DNA of 64,000 nucleotides from Perna viridis (Eukaryota): NCBI GenBank assembly GCA_037379345.1, contig CM074519.1, positions 25,756,103 to 25,820,102 of the forward strand, read 5' to 3'. Shown piece by piece: positions 28,701 to 39,119 of this stretch (position 1 is its first letter; each line of letters starts with the position of its first letter). The notes under the pieces were generated by a model. It saw only the letters and a program-made list of their open reading frames with translations, ran no database searches and was not told where the DNA came from. The position numbers and the translations under genes were made by a program.

Positions 28701-30366
28701 TCTCATCGTCTTTTGTGTTACTTGTATCTTTAATGGTTTCGTATTTTTACTTTTAGGTATGTGATGTAATATTGAAAAGTTATCTTGATACGCATGGTGG
28801 AGCAGGAAAACGTTTTGTCGATCATGGTGGTATAACATTATGCGCAGCGTGCTGTAATGCAGCTGTTCATAATAATTGTAACAAGGATACTTGTCAAAAT
28901 GTTCGAAAACGTGAGTGTATCTACATTAACATTGAGAATCCGCTACATCCTACCAATTTAATAAGTATTGGGTATTCATGAATATACAAACAGAAAAAAA
29001 GGCCAGAATGAACTCCACACCAACAAGGAAGTAAGCGTCAACAAATTGACGAAAATATAATGCAGTAGCAATGTACACATGATAAATACGAAAAAGTACA
29101 AATATCAAAATTAGCTCCTGTTAATGGTTTGGAAGGGATTGTTTTTGTTCATAGGGTGTGCTCCCGATTTGAAGTCTCGAAATTGGCAAGGTAGAAGTTA
29201 AGTTTAGTTGTTTGATTTTGCGTTTATAAGATTTTTAAAGATATTTATTACGTGTATTTTAGAGCTCAACAGCGAAATACGTGAGCGCAAAAATAATAAT
29301 CTAAAGATAGCAACTCAGTAATACATATTAAGAAAAAAAACTAATCTACAATGTACATCATTACATAATGTACACGTATCAATACCTAAACGCAATCCAT
29401 ATATAACGCATTACACTACATGCCTTGATTTTTATAGTTCTTATTTTTGTTTAGTTCATACTTGTAACACCCACACTATTTGTCAATGACGAATTTATGT
29501 TTTTCTTCACTTTTTGTGGTTAGTCACAATAAAATTTCCAATAGTGTTTGTGTTTTTATATTTTGCAAGTGAGTTCTTACTTATAAAATAATATAAGGCA
29601 AGCACTTCGAACTTTTTCTTATTCCCCACGTCATCATAAAGGGCTTTTATAAAACAAGACAAATAAAATAACAAAGAAACAGAAAAAAAACTTACCAATT
29701 ACAAACTAACAATCTTACAAAATATAAACAACAAAAACGACCAAAAAAAAACCAAACAAACAAACAAACAAAAAACAAAAACAAAAAACAAAACAAAACA
29801 AAACAAAAATAATAATAATAAAAAATAATAAAAAAAAACAGCATATCCCTTCAAAATAAATCATAGTTAGTTAATTAATGAATCTGTAAAGATAGCAGAA
29901 AAAACAGCATGTTTTTAAGGATTATAGATTTGTTTGGGTTCTTAATTAAATTTATGATACTGTCTCAAATAGATAAGTACAATCATTAGTATAACATACA
30001 CATTTATATATTACTATTATATGCATAAAAGTATAATATTTGTGCAATGAAATACACCTATGTTGGTCAAAAATATTTAAAAAAAAAAATAAAATAAATA
30101 AATAAATAAATAACTAGTATGTTAAGTATGAACATTTTGCAAGATTAAGTAAATGTTCTTAATTTTATGTATATGTATATTGAAAAAGCATTGTTTGTTC
30201 GGTAGGTTTTTCTTCACCGTGAATCACTTTAATATGGACAGTGTCTGAATTGTATATGGACTGATACTTAACTATCTTTGCGTACATATGTTTTTTTGTT
30301 TCAATAACTTTACAATTTGTTTCCATTTCAGTTCACACATGTAACAACGCCACTATTTGTGGATAA
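19768..30366 (+). CDS. Secreted two-domain Ly6/uPAR (three-finger)-like cysteine-rich protein, 223 aa, 9 coding exons
   Basis: Exons 19768-19780, 20174-20212, 21071-21153, 22561-22632, 23190-23307, 26718-26806, 28346-28414, 28757-28910, 30332-30366. All introns are GT-AG with consistent phases; total 672 nt. Protein: MALIGIILLLEFCGATLS-LKCMSCNSASNIVECMVYTMTCSDNNEECFLDITTLESLETAYSAGCRSKAVCDLMGSLTGKRSVVACAQCCKNPPGTDGAPCNARLCNE-KPIDSRTCGICDRVSDPTKCTVSQSCQPHEMCKIDQIFSDGNVIYQLGCELKTVCDVILKSYLDTHGGAGKRFVDHGGITLCAACCNAAVHNNCNKDTCQNVRK-LHTCNNATICG*. Signal peptide and LU hallmarks (LxCxxC start, GC, CC...CN). AATAAA near 30432. Confidence 0.88.
20174..20212 (+). CDS. LU-domain gene coding exon 2 (signal-peptide core GIILLLEFCGATL)
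   Basis: ttctctccag acceptor, gtaagt donor, phase 1-1. Confidence 0.75.
21071..21153 (+). CDS. LU-domain gene exon 3 (LKCMSC...CSDNNE)
   Basis: ttcag acceptor, gtgcgt donor, phase 1-0. Confidence 0.88.
21386..21484 (-). mobile_element. Degenerate tRNA-derived SINE head (intronic)
   Basis: Aligns by eye to 57580-57670 (ggtcg.tccctc.gcgg ... atggcaa.accgcctg ... ctaga.cactcgac). Confidence 0.55.
22561..22632 (+). CDS. LU-domain gene exon 4 (ECFLDITT...AGCRSKA)
   Basis: caacag acceptor, gtaagt donor, phase 0-0. Confidence 0.88.
23190..23307 (+). CDS. LU-domain gene exon 5 (VCDL...GKR...CAQCC...CNARLCNE)
   Basis: aatag acceptor, gtaaga donor, phase 0-1. Confidence 0.9.
24190..24690 (+). mobile_element. 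Helentron-associated (HINE-like) element remnant
   Basis: Internal diverged repeats (cttgacctgtaactt / tcaatatctgcaa), a GACG-type microsatellite at about 24625-24640 and a terminal hairpin gcgcaactgcattgcgt. This layout is typical of bivalve HINEs. Confidence 0.45.
24866..25890 (+). repeat. Tandem array of about 172-bp satellite-like units (about 6 diverged copies) with the GGTCAAGGTCA motif
   Basis: caaa(a/c)tt..tatgt.atttga(c/t) recurs at about 24867, 25041, 25217, 25388, 25560 and 25727. Confidence 0.85.
25910..26443. mobile_element. TTAA-flanked non-autonomous DNA transposon (same family as 7876 and 53021)
   Basis: Right end tgcatgattcttaggtgaactgctac-ttaa; internal ctacatatttttattttt(t)gatat is shared with the other copies. 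Confidence 0.6.
26718..26806 (+). CDS. LU-domain gene exon 6 (KPIDSRTCGIC...CQPHE)
   Basis: Poly-T..tatag acceptor, gtaaag donor, phase 1-0. Confidence 0.88.
28346..28414 (+). CDS. LU-domain gene exon 7 (MCKIDQ...LGCELKT)
   Basis: ttttcag acceptor, gtatgt donor, phase 0-0. Confidence 0.88.
28757..28910 (+). CDS. LU-domain gene exon 8 (VCDV...GKR...CAACC...CNKDTC)
   Basis: ttttag acceptor, gtgagt donor, phase 0-1. Confidence 0.9.
30332..30366 (+). CDS. LU-domain gene terminal coding exon (LHTCNNATICG*)
   Basis: ttccatttcag acceptor, phase 1, TAA at 30364-30366, AATAAA about 65 nt downstream. Confidence 0.75.
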
Positions 30367-32519
30367 AAATTATACATCTGAACCACTTTCATATATATGT
30401 GAAGAAGATCTAATTTTACATTTGCGGTAATAATAAAAATGATTTGCCAAGTTTGCTTATTATTTACGAACCTTATAACAAAAAGGTACTAAATAAGAAA
30501 CATTGTTCAATAAACAAACACAAATTTATCGGATGCCTAAGAACTTAAAATATTTTATTACATAAAAGGCAAAGGGATTGGACAAAAAATATTCCAATTT
30601 ATAAACGTTCTCTCCTATGTTGGTCGCTTTGCCAATAAAAATAACTAGTATGTTAAGTATGTATATTATGCAATATTAAGTAACTACACAGTTACTCTTT
30701 GATACAATCTTACTCTTCTTTACAATGTAAAACTATGACCTCGACGAGTAAAAAAATCAGAAAACAAACAAAAACAAAAACAAAAATAAAACAAAAAGCA
30801 AAACAATTACCAATTTCCTGTGAATCATAGCTCACGTAAACCCATGCATATTCCTGCATTCATGTATATGAGGTTGTAATTAATGGTTCACAAATCTTCA
30901 AAAGCCAATAATTCAAAAGCAAATAATTATGTGTTAATTCAGGAAGTTGAAGTTCACGGACCAAAATATTAAATGTCATTCGTCAAGAACTGAGGGTTCC
31001 TTTACCTCGGAACACCAGCAGTTTGAACCCCGCCTGCATGTTATAACATTTCAAGACTTTAACAATGCCTTCGAATTTAGTTAAAGTCTGTTATTAAATC
31101 TTACACTTTAAAGATTTCAGAAAGTCAGTGAAACATGTTGATTAAGATTCAATATCGAGGATACAGACCACCAATTCAACTAATGAACGTCCAAATGAAC
31201 CTACGCAAATATAGTCCTACGTAGAAATTACCCCTGTTCCTCATTGCTTTGTGGAAAAAGTTCTTATTTTAATTTAAAAAATTAAAACTGTTTCTGAAAG
31301 AAAAACATTTCTGTACATTTTATATCTGCATTTTCTTCTTGTGCTGTCTAATCGCCATAATGATTTCTAAATAAACCTCTATCTTTTGAAAACACTGGGA
31401 TGTCCCATGCTATTTATAGACCCTTCACTTCCGATGACCAGTCCTACATTGCAAGTCTGATAACCCCACATGCCATTCTGTGGATTATAAGCTAGCATAT
31501 GTAGAATCATGCTGACACATGTATATAGTCCTTTGCAAATCTTTAAAATTAAGGTAAAATCCATAGAAGCCACTGAATGTTGTGAAATTAGCATTGAAGC
31601 TTTTTGGAAATGGAATTAAGGGTTTCTAGCCTAGAGAAAGTGCATTCTCCTAATTGAACACTACTTTTAAAAAAATGTTACTAATTTCTGAATCTATTAT
31701 CTGGTATAAAAAATTTTGGTTCGATTTAGGCACAATAAACCTCGAGAAGGTTTATGTGATGCATAAATCAAATCACAGTTTTTTATACACGATATTATTA
31801 TATACATGTATACTTTTACTATACCCCTGACACGTCGAATGGAGTTATATGAAATGTCGTGCTATCATTTATTCTTCTTTAATCTTAGCAATCAAACTTT
31901 TTTAACAACAAAATGAACTATCAAAGTGGGCGGTATATACCTGAATCACCTCGTCCATTTGGACAGTCCAGTTTGAGTTCATTTTGGTGTATAACATGTG
32001 TAACCATCGGTCAAATACACATGTTTCCACTTTTCTGATTATTTCCATAGAAATCCCCTCTAATTCTTTTTGGCCTTTGGCCTTTATAGCGCCTCTGTGG
32101 TGCTTTACTTACTTAGTTCAAAATGGCCAGATATACATGTATCTACTTTTCAAGGTTCTCTAGATCTTTATGATTTACCATTTTTTTTCTTCATTTTAAA
32201 TATAAATTACTTATTGAATGTTAGATTTTAAAATGAATATTTATTTCAGAGACCACGAATTTAGCAAAATTAAGCCGAAGTTGAAATCCAACAATAACAA
32301 CGCCAATCCGACAATTTTATTGTTGATGAATCCAAACTCCTTTGATCGTCACGATTAAAATAAACTTGAAACTTGTGTAATAATAAAAAGAGGCAAGATT
32401 AATATGATATAATATTTATTTCAACAATAACAAAATAAATAAGAATAAGTTATTAACAAAAAATTATCAAGTATAAAAAAAGATCTAAGTTTAGTAAGTT
32501 TTTGTGAAGTCTTTGTAGT

Positions 32520-32960
32520 GATGTCCACAACGTAAAAGATCACTATATTTTGCATTGGGTGTTTGGACTTCTGTGTATGAGTCGGTGTTCTGCTGCCACA
32601 TTTTTTATGACATGCTTGGCGTTTTTCACGTCTCTTCTGTAGGAACGGCCTTTTAAAGAAAATTTACCAACAAAAGTTTCCCCACAGTTTTCACATTTGT
32701 GTATTAGCGCCAATGCTCTTCTTTTTGGTGAGCTACTTGAGTTTCTTTTCTAGAATATTATTTACCACAAATGTCACATGAAAGCCTTTTCTGTATGGGA
32801 ATACAAGTTTCATGTCTTTCTAGGATATACTTAGATCCAAAGAGCATGCCACAGATTAAACAAAATATAATCCATCTGCTTGGTATAGACATGAGCATGT
32901 CTTGCAATGTCTTGAAACTTTCCTCCATACCACACATATATTAACATTGGCCTTGATTTT
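32520..32960 (-). pseudogene. Decayed C2H2 zinc-finger coding remnants, probably transposon-derived
   Basis: Minus strand gives LSCDICGK*YSRK, HKCENCGETF and HRLIH fragments, with stops and frameshifts. Confidence 0.45.
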
Positions 32961-35322
32961 TTAAAAAATTTATAGCATTTATTTACTAATAATGAATTAT
33001 ATAAAAAAAAACAAAATGAACGTGATATTTTCTCTGAAGAATTCGCTGCGAAAATGAACATTTCTAAGTGTCATAATATTACTGACAAAAGTGATTAAAC
33101 TGCATTTATTAGTGGGAAGAAGAAACACAAAGCAGGAAAAAGGAGAAAACTTCCAAAGATCATAATGAAAGTGATGACATTAATAGTTCAAGTAAGATAA
33201 ACGATATTTAGTCACGAAATATTTTGAACAACGATGATTCGTTGAATCTTAGTCAAGTGACATCCCAATAAACACAATATATGAGCAGTTTCGCCAGACC
33301 TGTTATGCAGCAGGTTCTTTTCCAATACCTTTTTCAGCCGAATATACACATGGTCAGATCTCCTGATTATATTGGAGCAATGACAGGCCCAATGTCGACG
33401 AAATAAAAAAAGTATAGAACACATGAACGAAAAACTATGACATCTTCATTCGCCAACCTACAAGCCGAACATGACGACGTGACAGTAGATGTAGAAAAAA
33501 ATAGCTCAATTATAATGAACAAGAAATAAAAAAGTCCCAGAATGCAGTCATGACCAAAGGCCTGTGTCCTTAATCTGCTAGAGCGTGAGAATGAAGATTA
33601 TCACATGGGAAGATCAACGGAATTTGGAGCCAAATAGCGGTAATCGAAGATATTGAGTTAAAAAAAAATTGCAGGACACATGAATCTAAAGATCTCTTCA
33701 GCTGCATTCTCTGAAAAGCATATTGAAGGGCCAAAATATTCACATAGTTTAAATACTCTTCAAAAACCATCTCATTTCTTGACATATATTCCATGTGAAA
33801 GAGGCATGGTGTCTGACAGTCTGTGGGAAGGTCGTCATCTACCATTTGCAATACACTCTAAAACTCTTGGGTTTATTTACATGCATATATGTAAGTAAAC
33901 TATGCCAGGGGTAACATTGATCAGCATGGATGTTGATACACAGCCAGGCTAATCTGTTGATTAATATTGGAGTTACACCAAAAAAAAATGATATAATTAC
34001 TTTTGCAGATTTTTGCATTGCGTATACTTTAAAAAAATCTTTTCATAATAAATATGTAGCATCATGCATATGCAAAAAATGATAAGATATTAACTGACAG
34101 ATTTATAACTGAGATCATGTCAATTTAATGGCACAATATATAACGTAATGACCAGCAATATTCTTACTTTTTCTAACAGGAATATGCCAGACATGTAGAA
34201 AGAAACATAGTGAAATGAAGATGAAAAATCCTCAATGTATGCATGTCTAAATTTAATCAATGATAAAACTGCATATAAAAAATGATCCTATTATCTTTAT
34301 TTTTATCCCTGCTACAACATCTATTCAAAATTAGTACCCAGGCAATAACTTTTGAACTCTTAAAATTATGAAATTTCAGCAAAACATACATCCAGATGCT
34401 GTAACTTTTTCGGGATACGTATTGTTCATTTTCCTGCTTGCTTGGATTTCAATGTTGTCTAGTTTATGAAGGAAACATGATATCCCAAGTTGTATGGTGA
34501 TGATGAAAAACTGATTACAGTTAAAGGTTAAAGGGAAAGGAAGAACCCTAATAATTTGAGGTTAGTAGATCAAAGGTCAACTTCATGCCAAATTTATTAT
34601 TGTTCAAATTGCAATCTTTCTTTTTTATACAGATGTTATATGTTTATTTCTTTAATGAATGTAAAAAAATACATTTATGGTAGAATAACAAAAGCAATTA
34701 TAGGGGGTAAATTTAATTTCACAAATTTCTAATTTTTCAGTAAAAGATTAAAATGATGCATCTGGATGCCATGACTCAAGACCTAATATCTTGTCAACTG
34801 TACAAACTTATTTGAATAGTCCTTTGCGAGGTTTGTATAGATAACTCCGGTTAAACTAATACCTTATATAATTGTAGTGAGAAAAGATACAGAGAAATGC
34901 ATATACATAAAAATGTATAACATTGCAAAAAAAAACCAAACAAACAAACAAACAAAAAAACATAATAATAATAATAATAATAATAATTTAGAAGAAAATA
35001 TTTTGGGGACCAATGCACTTCTTCAGCTTTATATGTATATAATAACTTGACAAACATTTGATATAAGGACATAATGTGAAAGAAAAAGTTTTGGTATGAC
35101 AATTGTTGGTTCAATGGATCAGAAACAAATACAATGACACTTAAGCCTGAATGTAAAGGTTCAGGTCGTTATTTTAGAAAGTCCTGGTAAATTTTGAACA
35201 CTAAAAGTGGAAACAACATCTTCAGATCCACAACGTTTTTGTTCAATTGAACTGAAAATGCACAGCGCAATACATAATACCTAAATATAAAGCTTTTTGT
35301 AAAACCTCACTTCACACTCTTA

Positions 35323-35574
35323 GAGTGAGTTTATACTTTCTCAGCCATTGACGCGCGACGTCGTGCGAACATCGGGCGATGGATTGTTATAGTATTTTCT
35401 ATCGTAAGCGAATCGCAATTCGCTTTATTCGTGCGAATTGCGCGATCTCTTTGCGAAGTTCGAGCGATTTTTATTAGAAAATACTTTTAACTACAATTTC
35501 TGGAAAAAGTCATGCAAAGTTCGCGCGGTAGGCTAGGTTCGCACGACAATCGCAAGGGAAGTATAAACGCACCC
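35323..35574. mobile_element. PIF/Harbinger-type MITE
   Basis: TTA on both sides (35320-35322, 35575-35577); imperfect TIRs gagtgagtttatactttc / ggaagtataaacgcaccc; CpG-rich interior. Confidence 0.7.
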
Positions 35575-35659
35575 TTATACAGTATCTAAGTAAACATTAT
35601 TAAACATTATTATCGATTTCTAAGTGTAGTTCACGATATGAGGCTTTAACTGCAAAAAA

Positions 35660-36171
35660 ATTGTGAACTTTCCTTTCATCTGTGCCGACATCCCTTCAGC
35701 ACCTGCGAATAGAGTGTTCATATCACAACTCATACGTTATGCCAAAGCTTGCCGAAACAACGCAGACTTTTTGTATCGCGCTAGAACTCTAACAAATAGG
35801 CTACTGGAACAGGGTATGTTGTTGCAAGATTGAAGTCATCACTACAGAAGTTTTATGGTCGTCATCATGAACTCGTGGATCGTTATGGTGTATCCATCAG
35901 CACCATGAAAACTGATTTATTCAACGGGTCATAGTTTTCCTTTCTTTGTTTGTCTACCCCGGACTTGACTTTTTATGAGCAACTCGGCGGGTGTTTCTAG
36001 AAAAGCAGAGGACGCTTACCCTACCGGTGCATCTGGTCCGTGCTCCCAGGTTTTAGAGGAGTCCAAGTTGCTCATTTACTTTTGTTACTTTGTATGTATG
36101 ATACATACAAAGTAACAAAAGCAAATGAGCAACTTGGACTCCACTAAAAACTGGGAGCATGGACCAGGTGC
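35660..36171 (+). mobile_element. Penelope-like element 3' fragment with terminal foldback
   Basis: Translates (one frameshift) to IVNFPFICADIPSAPANRVFISQLIRYAKAC...RLKSSLQKFYGRHHELVDRYGVSI, the C-terminus of Naiad/Chlamys-type PLE RTs; inverted arm at 36101-36171. Confidence 0.8.
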
Positions 36172-36441
36172 TGGCGTTTATCAATAATCTTCCATGGACA
36201 CTTTTATGTCATTACTTCGTTAGTCCATTGTCAAAGACAAAATTCAATAGATCATTTTCTCTGAAACTACGTCACCCACAGCATTGAAACCGGGCATGAT
36301 GATTTCTTAGGGTATTAACCGCTCCAAATATTTGTCCTGAAAAAGGCCACCAGTACTTAGAATAGAACGTAGTGTTTGAAAGTAGTTTTTTTTATTTTCT
36401 TTCGCCTGCATATATTGTGAGGGGCGACATATAGGGATCAC

Positions 36442-36907
36442 TTTAGGTTACAGACCACCAATTGCATCATCAATTTGGAACGTACGCAGAAAAGTCCTAC
36501 TCCAAGGTACAAAGTAGTCTCTTTACCATGCCATTATAAAAAACCAGCATTTTTAAGTGAATGAACTTTCTCCAAAAAGGCAATTTTATTCTGGTAGTTT
36601 TGAGCCCAAAGTATGCTGCTTAAAACTTAAATAAACTAATTTGATGGAGCTATAGATAAAGATGGTCTAAATAAAGAATTTTTAGGATTCCCCTGGCTAT
36701 TTTTAGGGTAGATGAGTTCCGAGTGTCAGTGCTGTACTGCAAGGTGGGAAACCCCTTGTGAAATTTTGAGTGACATTTTAGTACTGTGTATGTTTCTGGT
36801 GATATATGGTTTTGGTTCGGTTAAACTTAAGGTAAATTACTGGGGATCCCCTGAAAATGAATAAATTAACATAGAGAATAATCTAAATTAGTCGTTTGTA
36901 GCCTTAA
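36442..36907. mobile_element. Possible TTAA-type MITE
   Basis: Left ttaggttacagac vs right gtttgtagccttaa (reverse complement ttaaggctacaaac); short and imperfect. Confidence 0.3.
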
Positions 36908-37974
36908 GTCGTCTTGAGTCACAGGGTCAACTACTTCTTTCTTTTCCATCACCAATAATATGCGGCAGACGAAATATGTATTACGGGAAATGCTCACATC
37001 TAAATTTCTTGTAACAATATATTGTATTCTCTGTGACTTATTGTGTCATTTTGTTTTACATTTTGCAGTTAACCAACTTGATTTTGGACCTTGATTTTGG
37101 ACAAGTCATAAATGAAGAGTCCGAGAGATTACCCAAGAGAAATGGTAATAAATGTGATTAATTATGTACAATTTCTAACATCATGACATTTTTACCTGAT
37201 GTGGCTTTGTTTTGTTCGTGGGCAATGTGCGGGTGACTAATTAGTGGCAGGGTAATATTGTTCTGACAACATCATGAGAAATTTCAAAACTGAATGTCAA
37301 CTGTCTTTAGGAGTTATGAAACAGTTTTTTTGTTGGAATTTTTTTCGCATGTACAATTTTGAAAATCCTCTTTTCATAAACCATACAACATTATTCCATA
37401 AAAAGTTCGCACATTTGTCACTAAGGATATCCAGTTGGGATTTTTAAATCTGTGAAAAAAAGGCCGTTCCTGCTATGAATAGAACATAAGGTGAGTATGC
37501 AGCTGATATGTTCATTCAAAGTATGTTGAAGGTAAACATGGAGTATGGCACCGAGTTGAATGGTCGTACAAAATATTTTTGTGGGCTGCCAAAGTTGATC
37601 AGATTGCAATGTTATTTGATATACTCAGGAAACATTATGGGTAATATTGATTGAAACATTTTAGAAAATTAATCTGCTTTTGGAGAAGTCATTGATGAAG
37701 TGTCTGAGAGATCATTCATAAAGAGTTGTCAAAGATATTGTAAAAACTTCAATGCATGCTGATTGCGTTTAGAAATATACATTGATAGAGGGGGTCATAA
37801 GAAACATATTCATTAGAGCAACACACAAACTTCATCGACATTACATTTATGACCTTAATGTGTGGAGACTTGCATAATGTAAGACAAGAGCGTGTGCTTA
37901 GGATACATACATGTCTTTTGTTGTAGAATTATCATCACAGTCAACAATGACAGCCAAGATTTATGGATACCCTC

Positions 37975-38285
37975 ACAAAGTACCATCAACTCTGAAGTAC
38001 CAGATTCCTTGGAAAGATTAAATGAAACTCTTGCAGAGGCAACAAGTCCAGTCAGAAAAACATAACCCATCGACATTAATACTGCAGGTAGAACCACTAA
38101 ATGGTACTATAAACGCAAGGCCGACGAAACATATGAATATTTTTTGGAAATTATAGCACCAGGACAAGGAGTAGAACTATTAAAAATGACAAAATTTTGT
38201 TCCAAGGCAGATAATCATGAATCCCTGAAAGATCTTATGTTAATATATGAAAATGCAGAGACATGGCAAACTAAACGCTAAATCT
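37975..38285 (+). mobile_element. Decayed DNA-transposase N-terminal fragment (Sola-like, tentative)
   Basis: Reads LERLNETLAEATSPVRKT*...WYYKRKADETYEYFLEIIAPGQG...LIYENAETWQTKR*I, which recalls the Y..A..W.TRRQILS region of invertebrate Sola-type transposases; in-frame stops. Confidence 0.4.
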
Positions 38286-38612
38286 TTGATTTTGAATTAA
38301 GTACATACATTTACTAAAACAAGGATAATTTTGGTCACTCTGATGATGTTTCAATGCATTCTTATCGACAAGTCAACAGACAACAAATGACACACATAAC
38401 TGGCATGAAAATAATCTAAGCTTGTTCATAGACTTCTTCTATATAATGATATTCATATGATTGTACCTTCAGTTTCAGAAGACATGGAATAGCCTGTGTG
38501 TAGTGGATTCCTTTGAAGTAAAGATTTTATAGTCAGCTCAACCTACTACTCCATTGATATTTATGATGTTTATATTGTTCAAAGAGTGCATGAAACAACT
38601 CCTTTGTCATAC

Positions 38613-38940
38613 CATGCTCCCAGTTTTAGTGGAGTCCGATTTGCTCATGGATCGTTACGGCGTATCCATCTGCACCATGAAAACTGATTTATTCAACGGG
38701 TCATAGTTTTCCTTTCCTAGTTTGTCTACCCCGGACTTGACTTTTTATGTGCAACTCAAAAAGCAGAGGACGCTTACCCTACCGGTGCACCTGGTCTATG
38801 CTCCCAGACCATTTACCTTTGTTACTTTGTATGTATGATTTTAGTTACTTTATGTTCTTTGTTGTGTATGTCTGTTTTCCATGTCTGGTCTTTGTCCCTG
38901 GATTACATTCTTTTGATTACCGCTATAACCTTGGTCACTT
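38613..38940 (+). mobile_element. Rearranged Penelope-like terminal segment
   Basis: Near-identical to parts of 35877-36100 and to the reverse complement of 50657-50775. Confidence 0.8.
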
Positions 38941-39119
38941 CTATGATGTACTGATGCCTTATTACATATGTAGCACATTTGACTTTTGGTCTTTGAGCTT
39001 TAGCTATCATTTTGAGTCTGACCTCTGTTGTCTTCCTTATTCCAACTTTGTTAATATTTCGGCCCTTCATAATGATATAAAAATCGTGAAAGTGCCGCTG
39101 CCAATCTACAAGGAACCCG

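Noticed and set aside
33200-34260. Coding-like patches possibly from a transposase
   Set aside because: Too decayed to assign a family without a search.
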